The notes under the pieces: generated by a model
The model's input: the letters and a program-made list of their open reading frames with translations, nothing else
The model's database searches: none
What the model was told of the DNA's origin: nothing
Assembly: GCA_963740655.1 (NCBI GenBank)
Contig: CAVUFF010000005.1
Span: 41,282-105,281 of the forward strand
DNA: 64,000 nt
Source of the DNA: an uncultured Acidobacteriota bacterium
Lineage (GTDB): Bacteria; Acidobacteriota; Vicinamibacteria; Fen-336
Direction: 5' to 3'
In this document: positions 1-12,481 of the stretch, piece after piece
Position numbering within the stretch: position 1 is the first letter of the stretch
Layout of the letters: every line of letters begins with the position of its first letter
Position numbers and translations under genes: made by a program

Positions 1-1
1 C

Positions 2-631
<630 letters not shown>

Positions 632-716
632 TCGGGACCTCGGGTGCGAAGGAAAACCGAAACCCTCATCTTAGGCCGGGAAGCGGCCCGCGTCGAGCCT
701 CAGAGGGCCGCCGCGC

Positions 717-1154
717 CTAGCGTCCGGTCGAGCCGAAGCCCGCGTCGCCGCGCGCCGTGTCGGCCACCGCGGGGGCGGCCGCGAAGCGCACGCGCTCGAC
801 CTTCTGCACCAGCAGCTGGGCGACGCGGTCGCCCGGCGCGATCCGGAAGCCCTCGTCGCCGTGGTTGACCAGCACCACCTTGAGCTCGCCCCGGTAGTCG
901 CTGTCGATCACGCCGGCGAGCGTGTCGATGCCGTGGCGCACGGCGAGCCCGCTGCGCGGCCAGACGAGCCCCACGTGGCCTGGCGGGATCTCGAGCCGCA
1001 GTGCCGTCGAGACCGCGGCGCGCGCGCCGGCCGCGATCTCCACCGACTCGCTCGCGCGGAGGTCCGCTCCCGCGGCCGCCGCCGAGGCGTACTCGGGCAG
1101 GGCGCCTCCCGGACCGACCACGACCCTGAGCTCCGCGCCGTCCGCGTCCGCCAT
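717..1154 (-). CDS. dut: dUTP pyrophosphatase
   Basis: C-terminal 145 aa of ORF 717..2264 from ATG 1154; dUTPase motifs AGADL, PRSGLA, GVIDSDYRGE, GFGSTG. Confidence 0.95.
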   Translation of the reverse strand: MADADGAELRVVVGPGGALPEYASAAAAGADLRASESVEIAAGARAAVSTALRLEIPPGHVGLVWPRSGLAVRHGIDTLAGVIDSDYRGELKVVLVNHGDEGFRIAPGDRVAQLLVQKVERVRFAAAPAVADTARGDAGFGSTGR

Positions 1155-1217
1155 CGCACCGCCTCGCTTCGCTTCGCCGCGCGCGATCGTAGCACCGGCG
1201 CGGGTTATGATCGCGGG

Positions 1218-2306
1218 ATGGGCAGGCCCAACCTGTTCGGCATGGGCGGCGCAGCCCTCGCGCGGCTCGTGGCGGAGCGCGGCGAGCCCGGCTTTCGCGC
1301 GCGCCAGCTCTACGGCTGGCTCTACGAGCGCCGCGTGCGCGAGCTCGGCGCGATGACCGACCTGCCGCAGGCGCTGCGCGCGTCGCTCGCGGCCGAGTAC
1401 GAGCTGCGCTGGCCCGACGTGCAGGAGCGCTCGCTCAGCTTCGACGGCACGCTCAAGTACCTGTTCCGGCTCGACGACGGCGCGACGGTCGAGGCCGTCT
1501 ACATCCCCGAGGACGACCGCCGCACGATCTGCATCTCGACCCAGGCCGGCTGCCCGCTGAAGTGCGCCTTCTGCCTGACCGGGATCGCGGGCTACAAGCG
1601 CAACCTGAAGCCGTCGGAGATCCTGGGCCAGGTCGCGGTCGTGATGGACGAGCACCCGGTGCGGGCCACGCACCCCGACCGGCGTGCGCAGGACCCCTTC
1701 CCCTGGAACGTCGTGATGATGGGCATGGGCGAGCCGCTGCTCAACTGCGAGGCGACGCTCGAGACGCTGCGCGTTCTGATGGACGAGGCGGGCTTCGGCG
1801 TGCCGCCGCGCAAGCTGACCTTGTCGACGGTCGGGATCCTGCCGGCGCTCGAAAAGCTGGCGAGCGAGCCGGTGCGGCCGAACCTCGCGATCAGCCTGCA
1901 CGCCCCGGACCCGGGCTTGCGGCGCGCGCTGATGCCGATCGAGGAGAAGTACCCGTTCGAGGCCGTCGTCGACGCGGCGCTGCGCTACCCGATCCCGCGC
2001 GGCGGCCGCGTGACGTTCGAGTACGTCCTGCTCGGCGGGGTCAACGACACGCCCGCGCACGCGCGCGCGCTCGCGCGCCGGCTCGGCGGGAGGCGCGTCA
2101 AGGTGAACCTGATCCCGCTCAACCCGGCGCCCGAGATCCCGTTCAAGGCGCCGCGCCCCGAGGCGGTCGAGGCGTTCCAGGCCGCGCTCGCCGCCGCGGA
2201 CGTCCCGGTGTCGGTGCGCCGGCCGCGCGGGCGCGACATCCTGGCCGCCTGCGGCCAGCTCCACCTCAAGAAGGGCGCCGCTCTGCCCGTCCCCGCCCGG
2301 CCCTGA
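1218..2306 (+). CDS. rlmN: Dual-specificity rRNA/tRNA methyltransferase RlmN (radical SAM)
   Basis: CISTQAGCPLKCAFC (CxxxCxxC), MGMGEPL and C-terminal ACGQL. ATG 1218 is preceded by TATGAT. Confidence 0.95.
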   Translation: MGRPNLFGMGGAALARLVAERGEPGFRARQLYGWLYERRVRELGAMTDLPQALRASLAAEYELRWPDVQERSLSFDGTLKYLFRLDDGATVEAVYIPEDDRRTICISTQAGCPLKCAFCLTGIAGYKRNLKPSEILGQVAVVMDEHPVRATHPDRRAQDPFPWNVVMMGMGEPLLNCEATLETLRVLMDEAGFGVPPRKLTLSTVGILPALEKLASEPVRPNLAISLHAPDPGLRRALMPIEEKYPFEAVVDAALRYPIPRGGRVTFEYVLLGGVNDTPAHARALARRLGGRRVKVNLIPLNPAPEIPFKAPRPEAVEAFQAALAAADVPVSVRRPRGRDILAACGQLHLKKGAALPVPARP

Positions 2307-4031
2307 CGCCTCCGCCGCTCGCCGCCTCCCGCTTCGCCGCCGGGCTCGCCTGCCTCGGGGCCGTGCTCCTCGCGCTGCTGCTGCCGCAGCTCGGGGCCGC
2401 GCCGCTCGTGCGCGCCGAGATCTACTTCCTCGACGCGGCGCGCGCGATGCTCGAGACCGGCGACTGGCTGGTGCCGCGCTACGAGGGCCACGCGTTCTTC
2501 GACAAGCCGATCCTCACGTACTGGGCGATGGCTGCGGCGATGAAGGCGCTCGGCCCCTCGGCGGCCGCGGCCCGGCTCGTGGCCGTGCTCGCCTCGGTCG
2601 CCCTGGCGCTCGCGTGCGCGTGGCTCGGGACTCTGCTGTACGACCGGCGCACGGGCCTCGCCGGCGCGCTGGTGCTGTCGACGACGCTCGCGTTCCTCTC
2701 GTTCGCGCGCGTCGCGATGTCGGACATGCTGCTCGCGCTCTTCGCGACGCTCGCGGTGAGCCTCGCGCTCCTCGCGCTGCGGCCGCGGCCGCGGCGCGGT
2801 GGCGGTGCCGCTGCTCGGCGCGGTCGCCGGCCTCGGCTTCGCGACCAAGGGGCCGATCGCGCTCTTGATCCCCGGCCTCGCCGTCCTGCTGCTGCTCCAC
2901 GAGAACCGCCGCCGGCCGCTGCCGGGCGGGCTCACAGCGCTCGCGCTCGGTGCGCTCGCGTGCGCCGTGCTCGGCCTCGGCTGGTTCCTGCTCGTGTACC
3001 TGCGGCTCGGCAAGGACCCGCTCGTCTACTTCTTCCTGCGCGAGAACCTGGAGCGTTTCGCGGCCGAGACCTACGACGTGGGCCGCCCGTGGTGGTTCTA
3101 CCTGCCGACCTACCTCGCCGAGGGGCTGCCGTGGTCGCCGTTCCTGCCGCTCGCGCTCGCGCGGCTCGTCCGCTCCGGCGACGACGAGGAGCGGCGGCGC
3201 GCCCGCTTCCTCGCCGTCTGGGTCGCGCTCGCGCTCGTGCCGCTCAGCCTCTCGCGCGGCAAGCTCGACTACTACCTGCTGCCGCTCTACCCGGCGCTCT
3301 CGCTGCTCGTCGCCCGCTACCTCACCGCCGTCACGTGGCGGAGAGCCGACGCCGGCTGGGCGCGCGCGGTCGCGCTGCTGCTCTCGGCGGCTTTGGCGTT
3401 CGTGGCGCTGCGGCCGCCGCGGCTGCCCGCCGAGTGGCTGCCAGGAGACGCGGCGCGCGCCGTCCTGCTCGCGGCGCTCGTGGCGGGCGCGCTCGGCCTC
3501 GCCGCGCTCGCGCTCGGCCCGAGCCCCGGGCGCGCGCTCTGGTCGCTCTCGCTCGCGGTGGCCATGCCCTGGCTCGCGGTCGTGACGCTGTTCCTGCCGG
3601 CGTTCGCCGCGGGGCAGCCGAACCGCGAGATGGTCGACGACGTGGCGCGCGAGCGGCGCTACCGGCCCGACCTGCGGATGGCGTTCTGCTCGGACCCGAC
3701 CCGTGTCCGCCGCGACGTCCTGCTCGAGGTGCGCATGGCGGCCGTCTCGGAGTGCGACCTCTGGAGCCTGGCCGGCTCGCGCGAGCCCTATCTCTTGCTC
3801 GCGACGCCGGCCCAGAACGCCTCGTTCCGCGTCGACCCGCGCTACCGGCACATCGCGACGTACCGCTACCTACCCGCCGACACCCTCACGCTCTCGGGCC
3901 TGGTCGGCGTGGCGGAGCCCGGCGAGATCATGCTCGGCGCCAACTTCCCAACCCCGGACCCCGTCGCCAAGGCGAAGCGCAAGCGCGAGAACCGCCGGAG
4001 GGTGTACCGCGAGCTGGGGCTCTTGCCCTGA
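2303..4031 (+). CDS. ArnT-like (GT83/GT39, GT-C fold) membrane glycosyltransferase; frameshift near 2780-2798
   Basis: EIYFLDAARAMLETGDWLVPRYEGHAFFDKPILTYW and ARVAMSDMLL in one frame; ATKGPIAL, RPWWFYLP and KLDYYLLPLYP in ORF 2799..4031. Start approximate. Confidence 0.85.
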
Positions 4032-4046
4032 GGGGTCGCGGCCTCG

Positions 4047-5393
4047 TCAGCGCGTTCGCGCCTTGAAGCGCGAGCGGCGCCCGCGGCCGCCGAAGGGCCG
4101 GCGCCCCGGGCGTGCGCGCCCGGGCGCGTGCGTGCGGCTCGTCGCGGCCTCGAGCCGGCCGGCCCAGGCGCTCCCGGGCTCCCGCGGCTGGCGCAGCGGC
4201 TCGGCGCGGCGCGGTCGCGCCGCCGGCTGCCGGCGGGCGGAAGGCGGCGCCTTCGTCTCGTCCGCCGCCTGACGGTAGTCGAAGTCGCTCAGCATCACGC
4301 GCGGCAGCGGCTTGCCGACCGCGCGCTCGATCGCGCGCAGCGCCGCCTCGTCCTCGGGAGCGACGAAGGTGAACGCCTCGCCCGTCGCCTCGGCGCGCCC
4401 GGTGCGGCCGACGCGGTGGATGTAGTCCTCGCTCGCCGCCGGCACGTCGAAGTTCACCACGTGGCCGAGCGCCACGACGTCGATGCCGCGCGCGGCGATG
4501 TCGGTCGCCACGAGAACGTCGTAGCGGCCGGACTTGAACCCCTCGAGCGCCTGCGTGCGCTGGCTCTGGCTGCGGTTGCCGTGGATGCGCGCGACGCGCA
4601 CGCCCTTCCCGCCGAGCCACTCGGCGAGCCGGTTCGCGCGGTGCTTGGTGCGGGTGAAGACGAGCGCGCTCGCCATGTCGCCGCGGCGCAGCAGCGCGAG
4701 CAGCAGCGCCGGCTTGAGCCGCGCCGGCACCGGGTACGCGGCCTGCGTGATGCCCGCCGCCGGGGCGGGGCGCCGCTCGAGGTCGATGCGCACCGGGTCG
4801 TTCAGCATCTCGCGCGACAGCTCGACGATCGGCGGCGGCATGGTCGCCGAGAAGAACAGCGTCTGCCGCCGCGCCGGCAGGTGACGCAGCACGCGGCGCA
4901 CGTCCGGCAGGAAGCCCATGTCGAGCATGCGGTCGGCTTCGTCGAGCACGAGCCACTCGATCCCGCGCAGCGTCGCGTACGAGAAGCGGAAGTGGTCGAG
5001 CAGCCGCCCGGGCGTCGCCACGATCACGTCCACGCCGGAGCGAAAGGCGTGCTCCTGCGGACCCATGCCGACGCCGCCGAACACGGCCGCGCTCGTGACC
5101 GGCGTGTGCACGGCGAGCTCCGAAACGTGCCGGTCGATCTGCGCGCACAGCTCGCGCGTCGGCGTCAGGATCAGGGCGCGCGTCGTGCGGCGCGGCTTCG
5201 CCATCAGCCGCTGCAGGATCGGCAGCCCGAACGCCGCGGTCTTTCCGCTGCCGGTCGCCGCGCAGGCGAGCAGGTCCCGTCCCGCAAGCGCGGGGGGGAT
5301 CGCCTGGGCCTGGATCGGCGTGGGTCGCGTGAAGCCGAGCTCGCGGATGCCGTGCAGCAGCAGCGGGTCGAGGCCGAGCGAGGTGAAGGGCAA
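4047..5393 (-). CDS. rhlE: DEAD-box ATP-dependent RNA helicase (RhlE-like)
   Basis: TTG start (MPFTSLGL); Q-motif PTPIQ, ATGSGKT, PTREL, TPGRLLD, DEAD, SAT, HRVGRTGRA. Confidence 0.88.
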   Translation of the reverse strand: MPFTSLGLDPLLLHGIRELGFTRPTPIQAQAIPPALAGRDLLACAATGSGKTAAFGLPILQRLMAKPRRTTRALILTPTRELCAQIDRHVSELAVHTPVTSAAVFGGVGMGPQEHAFRSGVDVIVATPGRLLDHFRFSYATLRGIEWLVLDEADRMLDMGFLPDVRRVLRHLPARRQTLFFSATMPPPIVELSREMLNDPVRIDLERRPAPAAGITQAAYPVPARLKPALLLALLRRGDMASALVFTRTKHRANRLAEWLGGKGVRVARIHGNRSQSQRTQALEGFKSGRYDVLVATDIAARGIDVVALGHVVNFDVPAASEDYIHRVGRTGRAEATGEAFTFVAPEDEAALRAIERAVGKPLPRVMLSDFDYRQAADETKAPPSARRQPAARPRRAEPLRQPREPGSAWAGRLEAATSRTHAPGRARPGRRPFGGRGRRSRFKARTR

Positions 5394-5401
5394 GGCTGCG
5401 C

Positions 5402-5800
5402 TCAGCGAGCGGGCAGCGGAGCCCGCGGCTTCTTGGCGGGGGCGCGGCGCGCGTCGCGATAGCGGTCGAGGTCGTCGGTCGTGATCACGAGCGCCGTGCC
5501 TTCGGGCAGCTGCGCGTTGGCCTCGAGCTCGCGCTGCAGGCGCTCGAAGCACAGCTCGGGAGCGTCCTGGAAGCGGGCGCGCCGCGTGTCGAACGCCTCG
5601 CTCGGAATCGCGACCGTGTAGAGCCGCGGCGTCTCGACGCCCGCGTCGACACGCAGCCGGTAGATGCGACCCTCGCTCGTGCACTCGAAGCCCAGGTAGC
5701 GGACGGTCGGCGGCCGCACAGCGACTCTCGGCACCGGGGGTGCGTCGGGCGTGGCGACGGGCGATACGAGGGGAGAGGTGTCGGGCGGGATCGAGCTCAT
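5402..5800 (-). CDS. Hypothetical protein (132 aa)
   Basis: ATG 5800 with GGAG upstream; typical codon use; fills the gap between hemL and the helicase, 8 bp before the helicase start. Confidence 0.7.
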   Translation of the reverse strand: MSSIPPDTSPLVSPVATPDAPPVPRVAVRPPTVRYLGFECTSEGRIYRLRVDAGVETPRLYTVAIPSEAFDTRRARFQDAPELCFERLQRELEANAQLPEGTALVITTDDLDRYRDARRAPAKKPRAPLPAR

Positions 5801-5901
5801 GGCCGGTACTCCTTGGGAGCGCGGAGGACCGGTTCGGCCCGCGTGGCTCGCACCGAAGAGGTTACCACGGGCGCGCTCGCGCCCCGCGCCGGAGCCCGGG
5901 C

Positions 5902-7179
<1,278 letters not shown>

Positions 7180-7207
7180 GGCGGGGGGTGCGCCGCTCGC
7201 GCACGCG

Positions 7208-8176
7208 CTACGCGCGGCGCGCGAAGTCCTTGGCGTGGTAGGTGAGGATCACGTCCGCGCCCGCGCGGCGGATCGAGGTCAGGATCTCGCGCAGCATGCG
7301 CTCCTCGTCGATCCAGCCGCGCGCGGCCGCCGCCTTCACCATCGCGTACTCGCCGGAGACGTTGTAGGCGGCGACCGGGCGGTCGCAGCTCTCCTTCACA
7401 GCGCGGATCACGTCGAGATAGGGCAGCGCCGGCTTCACCATCACGATGTCGGCGCCCTCCTCGACGTCGAGGCGCACCTCGCGCAGCGCCTCGCGCACGT
7501 TCGCCGGGTCCATCTGGTAGCCGCGCCGGTCGCCGAACTGGGGCGCGGAGTCCGCGGCCTCGCGGAACGGGCCGTAGAAGGCGGACGCGTACTTCGCCGC
7601 GTACGACAGGATCGGCAGCGCCGCATAGCCGGCGGCGTCGAGCGCCCCGCGGATCGCGCCGACGCGCCCGTCCATCATGTCCGAGGGCGCCACGACGTGC
7701 GCGCCGGCCTTCGCGTGCGACACCGCCATGCGCGCCAGCAGCGCGAGCGTCGGGTCGTTCTGCACCTCGCCGTCCGCGACGACGCCGCAGTGGCCGTGCG
7801 ACGTGTACTCGCACAGGCACACGTCCGTGACGACGAGCAGCTCTCGGCAGGCGCCGCGGATCGCGCGGACCGCCCGCTGCACGACGCCGTCGTCGGCGTA
7901 GCCTTCGGATCCGGTCGCGTCCTTGGCCGCGGGCAGGCCGAACAGGATCACGCCCCCGATCCCGAGCGCCTCGACGGCCTCGGCCTCGCGCGCGACCTGG
8001 TCGACCGAGAGGTGGTAGCAGCCGGGCAGCGAGGCGATCTCCTTGCGCACACCCTCGCCGGGCGCCACGAACAGCGGGTAGATCAGGTTCACGGGCGAGA
8101 CGGACGTCTCGCGCACCATCGCGCGCAGCCGCTCGCTGCTGCGGAGCCGCCGCGGCCGTTCGTCCGGGAAACTCAT
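7208..8176 (-). CDS. hemB: Porphobilinogen synthase (ALA dehydratase)
   Basis: [56 protein letters not shown]. Confidence 0.97.
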   Translation of the reverse strand: MSFPDERPRRLRSSERLRAMVRETSVSPVNLIYPLFVAPGEGVRKEIASLPGCYHLSVDQVAREAEAVEALGIGGVILFGLPAAKDATGSEGYADDGVVQRAVRAIRGACRELLVVTDVCLCEYTSHGHCGVVADGEVQNDPTLALLARMAVSHAKAGAHVVAPSDMMDGRVGAIRGALDAAGYAALPILSYAAKYASAFYGPFREAADSAPQFGDRRGYQMDPANVREALREVRLDVEEGADIVMVKPALPYLDVIRAVKESCDRPVAAYNVSGEYAMVKAAAARGWIDEERMLREILTSIRRAGADVILTYHAKDFARRA

Positions 8177-8225
8177 GAGGAAGCCATTCTAGGCCACGGA
8201 GACGAGCAGGGCACGGAAAGGGGAA

Positions 8226-8277
8226 ACGGACAAGGACGGCGGACAAGCACGACGGACAAGCACGACGGACAAGGAAC
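8226..8277. repeat. Four tandem 13-bp direct repeats (core CGGACAAG)
   Basis: ACGGACAAGGACG / GCGGACAAGCACG / ACGGACAAGCACG / ACGGACAAGGAAC; core at 8227, 8240, 8253, 8266. Confidence 0.9.
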
Positions 8278-8283
8278 CCTTCA

Positions 8284-8481
8284 GGGGGGTATGGGGGGAC
8301 GAAGTCCCCCCATCTCAAAGAGGGAAGCAGCAGGCCTGGCGTTCCGGTCCTCTTCGAGAGGGGTCATTGAGGAGCACGCGTGGGCTTCGACTCTCCAATG
8401 ATCGCTCGTGAAGGGGGTCGAATCGCGAGGCTGGTGACTTCGTTCTTTGAACTGGGGGGATTCCATCCCCCCAGACCCCCC
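8284..8481. repeat. 198-bp imperfect palindrome: two inverted ~91-bp units with G6/C6 hairpins (REP/REPIN/MITE-like)
   Basis: 8284-8374 aligns without gaps to the reverse complement of 8391-8481 (66/91 identical by hand count). Each unit has a perfect 10-bp stem with a GNA triloop. Confidence 0.85.
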
Positions 8482-8505
8482 TTGGGTGCGCGTTGCGCCC
8501 GGGCC

Positions 8506-8679
8506 TCAGTCCTCGTCGTCGCCGAAGAAGAAGAGGTGCGCGCAGCGCTGGCTGCAGAAGGTGCGACCGTACTCGCGCTTGCCGCAGTCGTGGCAGACCC
8601 ACTTGAAGCAGATCGGGCACTTCTGCAGCGTGACTTCCTCGTCGCTCTTCTGGCAAGTGACGCAGGTCGTAGGAGTCAA
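8506..8679 (-). CDS. Small Cys-rich zinc-finger-like protein (~57 aa)
   Basis: CxxC-x11-CxxC-x4-CxxC-x9-CxxxC and acidic tail FFFGDDED. TTG 8679 lies 8 nt after a TATACT box; the track's start at 8703 overlaps that box. Confidence 0.75.
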   Translation of the reverse strand: MTPTTCVTCQKSDEEVTLQKCPICFKWVCHDCGKREYGRTFCSQRCAHLFFFGDDED

Positions 8680-8774
8680 TCGGGCGCAGTATATAGCAGC
8701 CAAAGAGGGCGCTTGGTTTCGTAGTATGCTGCCAAGTCGCGGAGACGGGCCCGTTTCTGCGAGAGTCCGCCCGT

Positions 8775-8851
8775 GGCGGTGTAGCTCAGTTGGTTAGAGC
8801 ACGCGGCTCATATCCGCGGCGTCCGGGGTTCGAATCCCTGCACCGCCACCA
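8775..8851 (+). tRNA. tRNA with CAT anticodon, most likely elongator tRNA-Met
   Basis: Full cloverleaf: acceptor GGCGGTG/CACCGCC, anticodon arm CGCGG-CTCATAT-CCGCG, GGTTCGAATCC T-arm, encoded ACCA end. G1-C72 is paired, so it is not the initiator. Confidence 0.95.
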
Positions 8852-8878
8852 TTTCGATCGCCGGGGAGGCTCGAGCGC

Positions 8879-9868
8879 GTGAGGATGCCGCCTCTCGTCG
8901 CGGCCGTCGACCGGGCGCTGGTGGCGGCCGGGCTTCCCGCGCGGGGGGAGACGCTGGTCGTCGCCCTTTCGGGCGGCGCGGACTCGGTGGCGCTCACCGC
9001 CGTGCTCGCCGCGCTGCGCCGCCGCCGCGGCTTCGCGCTCGTGGCGGCCCACCTCGACCACGGCCTGCGTCCCGGCTCCTTCGACGACGCGGCCTTCTGC
9101 CTGGAACTGTGCGCCGCGCTCGGCGTGACGTTGCGCGCGGGGACGGCGCGCGTGCGCGAGCGCGCGCGCCGCGAGAAGGGTGGGCTCGAGCAGGCCGCGC
9201 GCCGCGAGCGCTACTCGTTCCTGCGGCGCGTCCAGGAGGACGAAGGCGCCGCGGCGATCGCGGTCGCGCACACGCAGGACGACCAGGCCGAGACGCTGCT
9301 GCTGCGCCTGCTGCGGGGCAGCGGCTCGAGCGGCCTCGCGGCGATGCGGCCGCGCAGCGGCGAGCTGCTGCGGCCGCTGCTCGCGGTCTCGCGGCGGGAA
9401 GTGCTCGCGTACCTCGCCGAGCGCGGGCTCGGCTGGCGCGAGGACCCGTCGAACCGCGAGCTCGGCTTCGCGCGCAACCGCGTGCGCCACGAGCTGCTGC
9501 CGTACCTCGAGGCGCGCTTCAACCCGCGCGTGCGCGAAGCGCTCGCCCGCACCGCGCACCTGGCCGCGGACGAGGCGGCCTTCGTCGGCGCGGCGGCCGC
9601 GCGCGCCCTCGCCGAGGCCGCCACGCGTGACGGCGACGCGCTGGTGCTCGACCGCGGCGTGCTCGCCCGCGCTCCGATCGCGGTCGCGCGCGTCGCGCTG
9701 CGGCTGGCCCTCGCCCAGGCCGGCGGCCTGTCGGGCGTGGACGAGGGCCACGTCGAGCGGCTCCTCCGACTCGCGACCGCGCGAGCGCCGTCGGGTCGTC
9801 GGCTGGACCTGCCGGGCCGCCGTCGCGCGCTCTTCACCCACCGCGCGCTGCGGCTCGAAAAGCGTTGA
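8879..9868 (+). CDS. tilS: tRNA(Ile)-lysidine synthetase (short form)
   Basis: SGGADS PP-loop, AHLDHGLR, ARRERY, AHTQDDQAET, RPLL, EDPSN, RNRVRH. Confidence 0.95.
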   Translation: MRMPPLVAAVDRALVAAGLPARGETLVVALSGGADSVALTAVLAALRRRRGFALVAAHLDHGLRPGSFDDAAFCLELCAALGVTLRAGTARVRERARREKGGLEQAARRERYSFLRRVQEDEGAAAIAVAHTQDDQAETLLLRLLRGSGSSGLAAMRPRSGELLRPLLAVSRREVLAYLAERGLGWREDPSNRELGFARNRVRHELLPYLEARFNPRVREALARTAHLAADEAAFVGAAAARALAEAATRDGDALVLDRGVLARAPIAVARVALRLALAQAGGLSGVDEGHVERLLRLATARAPSGRRLDLPGRRRALFTHRALRLEKR

Positions 9869-9908
9869 ACCGCCGGACGAAATCCGTATCATCGTCCCTA
9901 CCGAAGCC

Positions 9909-10469
9909 ATGAGGGACACCATCTCCGTTCTCTTCGACGAGGAGCGGATCGCTCGCCGCGTGAAGGAGCTCGGCGAGGAGATCACGAAGAGCCTGGCGGG
10001 GCGGGAGGTGTGCGTCCTCGCCCTCTGGAAGGGGAGCCTCGTCTTCATGTCCGACCTGATCCGCAGGATCCCGCTCGACCTGAGCGTGCACCTGGTGCGG
10101 GTGACCTCGAGCCTGGAGCAGGCCGCCGGCGGGGTCCAGACCGAGATCGTGTTCTCGACCGCGGTGCCTCTCGAGGGGCGGGACGTGCTGCTGATCGACG
10201 ACATCGTCGACACCGGGATCACGCTCAGCTACCTGCTCGCGCACATCCACGAGCAGGCCCCGCGCACCCTGAAGGTGTGCGCCCTCATCGACAAGCCCGA
10301 GGCGCGCAAGATCGACGTCCACCCCGACTGGACGGCGTTCCCCGTGCACGAGCCGCTCGCCGACCGCTTCCTGGTCGGTTACGGGCTCGACTGGATGGAG
10401 CGCTTCCGCGGCCTGCCCTTCATCGGCACCCTTCCCCGCCCCGCGCGCGCAGGGGCGCCGCAGGAGTAA
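9909..10469 (+). CDS. hpt: Hypoxanthine phosphoribosyltransferase
   Basis: ATG 9909; LLIDDIVDTGITL PRPP motif, FLVGYGLD; position in tilS-hpt-ftsH. Confidence 0.9.
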   Translation: MRDTISVLFDEERIARRVKELGEEITKSLAGREVCVLALWKGSLVFMSDLIRRIPLDLSVHLVRVTSSLEQAAGGVQTEIVFSTAVPLEGRDVLLIDDIVDTGITLSYLLAHIHEQAPRTLKVCALIDKPEARKIDVHPDWTAFPVHEPLADRFLVGYGLDWMERFRGLPFIGTLPRPARAGAPQE

Positions 10470-10485
10470 GCTAGGATAGGTGTTT

Positions 10486-10536
10486 CCTCGCGGACCGCTC
10501 GGGTCTGCGGGGAGCGGTGACGGTGGGGTAGCCGTC
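10486..10536 (+). promoter_or_regulatory. Two stem-loops in the putative ftsH 5' leader
   Basis: TAGGAT at 10472-10477; 11-bp stem 10486-10512; 6-bp stem 10519-10536; SD GGAGG at 10538-10542. Confidence 0.4.
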
Positions 10537-10550
10537 CGGAGGCCAATCTC

Positions 10551-12459
<1,909 letters not shown>

Positions 12460-12481
12460 GCCGCCGCCACAGGGGGCGAGC

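Noticed and set aside
8281-8466. Short ORFs (61-116 aa) over the palindromic element
   Set aside because: Atypical codon use and no motifs; better explained as non-coding repeat sequence.
8226-8481. Repeats as a possible CRISPR array
   Set aside because: Units are 13 bp and contiguous with no unique spacers; no cas genes in the window.
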